Assembly (NCBI RefSeq): GCF_006345805.1
Contig: NC_042999.1
Coordinates: forward strand, 68,696,001 to 68,760,000
Direction of reading: 5' to 3'
DNA from: Octopus sinensis
Lineage: Eukaryota
DNA: 64,000 nt
A program made the translations under genes and the position numbers. Numbering within the stretch: position 1 is the stretch's first letter; the number at the start of each line of letters is the position of its first letter. Below are positions 62,815 through 64,000 of the stretch, in pieces. The notes under the pieces were generated by a model that saw only the letters and a program-made list of their open reading frames with translations, had not been told where the DNA came from and made no database searches.

Positions 62815-63699
62815 GACACATCAATAATCGAAACAATAAAAACAACAAATTGAAGAACCCTCAGAAAACCCAAAGAAACTGTACCCACATACATATAAAC
62901 CAAGTTTTCATTCTTGAAAAATGACAAGAGAAAAGCTATTAATTGCCAAATAAAAGGTAGGAGTCGGTGAAGTGTAGCTAAGCAAAGCTTTCATGAAATG
63001 AGGCTAAAGTGATATTTTTGATAGGCAGCCATTTTCGATTGTTTTCTGTTCTGCTATTATTCTTATTATCCCCCCTCCCCACCGCTTTTCCTCCGCCGCC
63101 ACCATTTTCTTTTTATAAGCTTACAAGTATCTTCCTAATGAATATTCATGATTTCAATTGCAACAAATAGCAACCATTTCGGGAGGTAAAATGGCGATAA
63201 AAAAAAACTCCTTAAAAGTGAATAAATAAATAAACGAAAAGAAAAATTGGAGGAAGACGCATAAAAGATAGAATGCGAAAAGAAAGAGAAGATGAAGATG
63301 AAGATGGAGATGAAGAAAAAGAAGACGATATCACAAGAATGTACATAAAGCACCACAGCAATGGAAACAATTGAATTAATAAAATAAGGATAACAAAAAG
63401 ATTACAACAACAACAACAACAACAACCAAAGCAATGATAATAGCGCGGTGGTGATGATGATTGTGATGGTGGTGGTGGTGATGGAGAGTTCAAGATGTAG
63501 ATGCAGTAGCAGAAGGAGGAGGAGGAGAAACAGTCAGAGGGTAGTATTAACAATGGACGATGGATGACGTTAATATGAAACACAATAACGAGAACAACAA
63601 CATCGTTAATAACAAAAGCAGATACATTAACTGTACCAAGGAACGACAAAATATGATGACGATGATGATAATGATGATGATGATGATGATGATGATGAA

Positions 63700-64000
63700 A
63701 AGTCCTTTGACCCAAGGCACAAGGCTTGAAATTTTGAGGGGAAGAGCTATTCAATTACGTTGACCCTAGCGCGTAGCTGGTACATTTCATTTCATTCTTT
63801 TATCCTTTCATCCTTTTGCTTGTTTCAGTCATTTGTCAGCGGCCATGCTAGAGCACCTCCTTAAAATGTTTTAGTCGTAGAAATTGACCCTAGGACTTAT
63901 TCTTTTTAAACCTAGTACTTAATCTATCGGTCTGTTTTCCCGAACTGCTAAGTTACAGGGACGTAAACCTACCAACATCGGTTGTCAAGCGATGGTGGAG
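63700..64000 (-). mobile_element. SINE-A beta tail remnant (63700-63790) and SINE-B 3' half (63812-64000, runs off the window)
   Basis: GGCACAAGGCTTGAAATTTTG; GCGGCCATGCTAGAGCACC..GGACTTATTC..CATCGGTTGTCAAGCGATGG. Confidence 0.85.

Overview
Eukaryotic, very AT-rich and microsatellite-saturated window with one 100-N gap (32973-33072). The repeat content is typical of an Octopus (cephalopod) genome; this is inferred from the SINE and microsatellite style, not from a search. No host protein-coding gene can be called, and almost all ORFs in the track are translations of simple repeats. The real coding remnants are transposon-derived: a 5'-truncated L1/Tx1-type LINE followed head-to-tail by an internally deleted copy of itself (8653-12383), two CR1-like LINE fragments, an RTE LINE 3' end with three tandem C2H2 fingers, a GC-rich Penelope-like RT, a full-length dead Tc1 and a mariner fragment. 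There are about 40 copies or fragments of at least four tRNA-derived SINE families, plus several fold-back MITE-like elements. Best leads: (i) two LINE-SINE 3'-tail partnerships visible in the window, one with compensatory stem changes; (ii) (TA)n-anchored short elements carrying minimal type-I hammerhead motifs with recurrent non-canonical cores, next to a Penelope RT also abutting (TA)n; (iii) a near-identical 146-bp inverted duplication with a template-switch scar, bracketing a strong splice acceptor; (iv) a tRNA-shaped module inside a fold-back element. Family labels SINE-A/B/D/E are mine. Boundaries of degenerate copies are approximate (about 10-20 bp).
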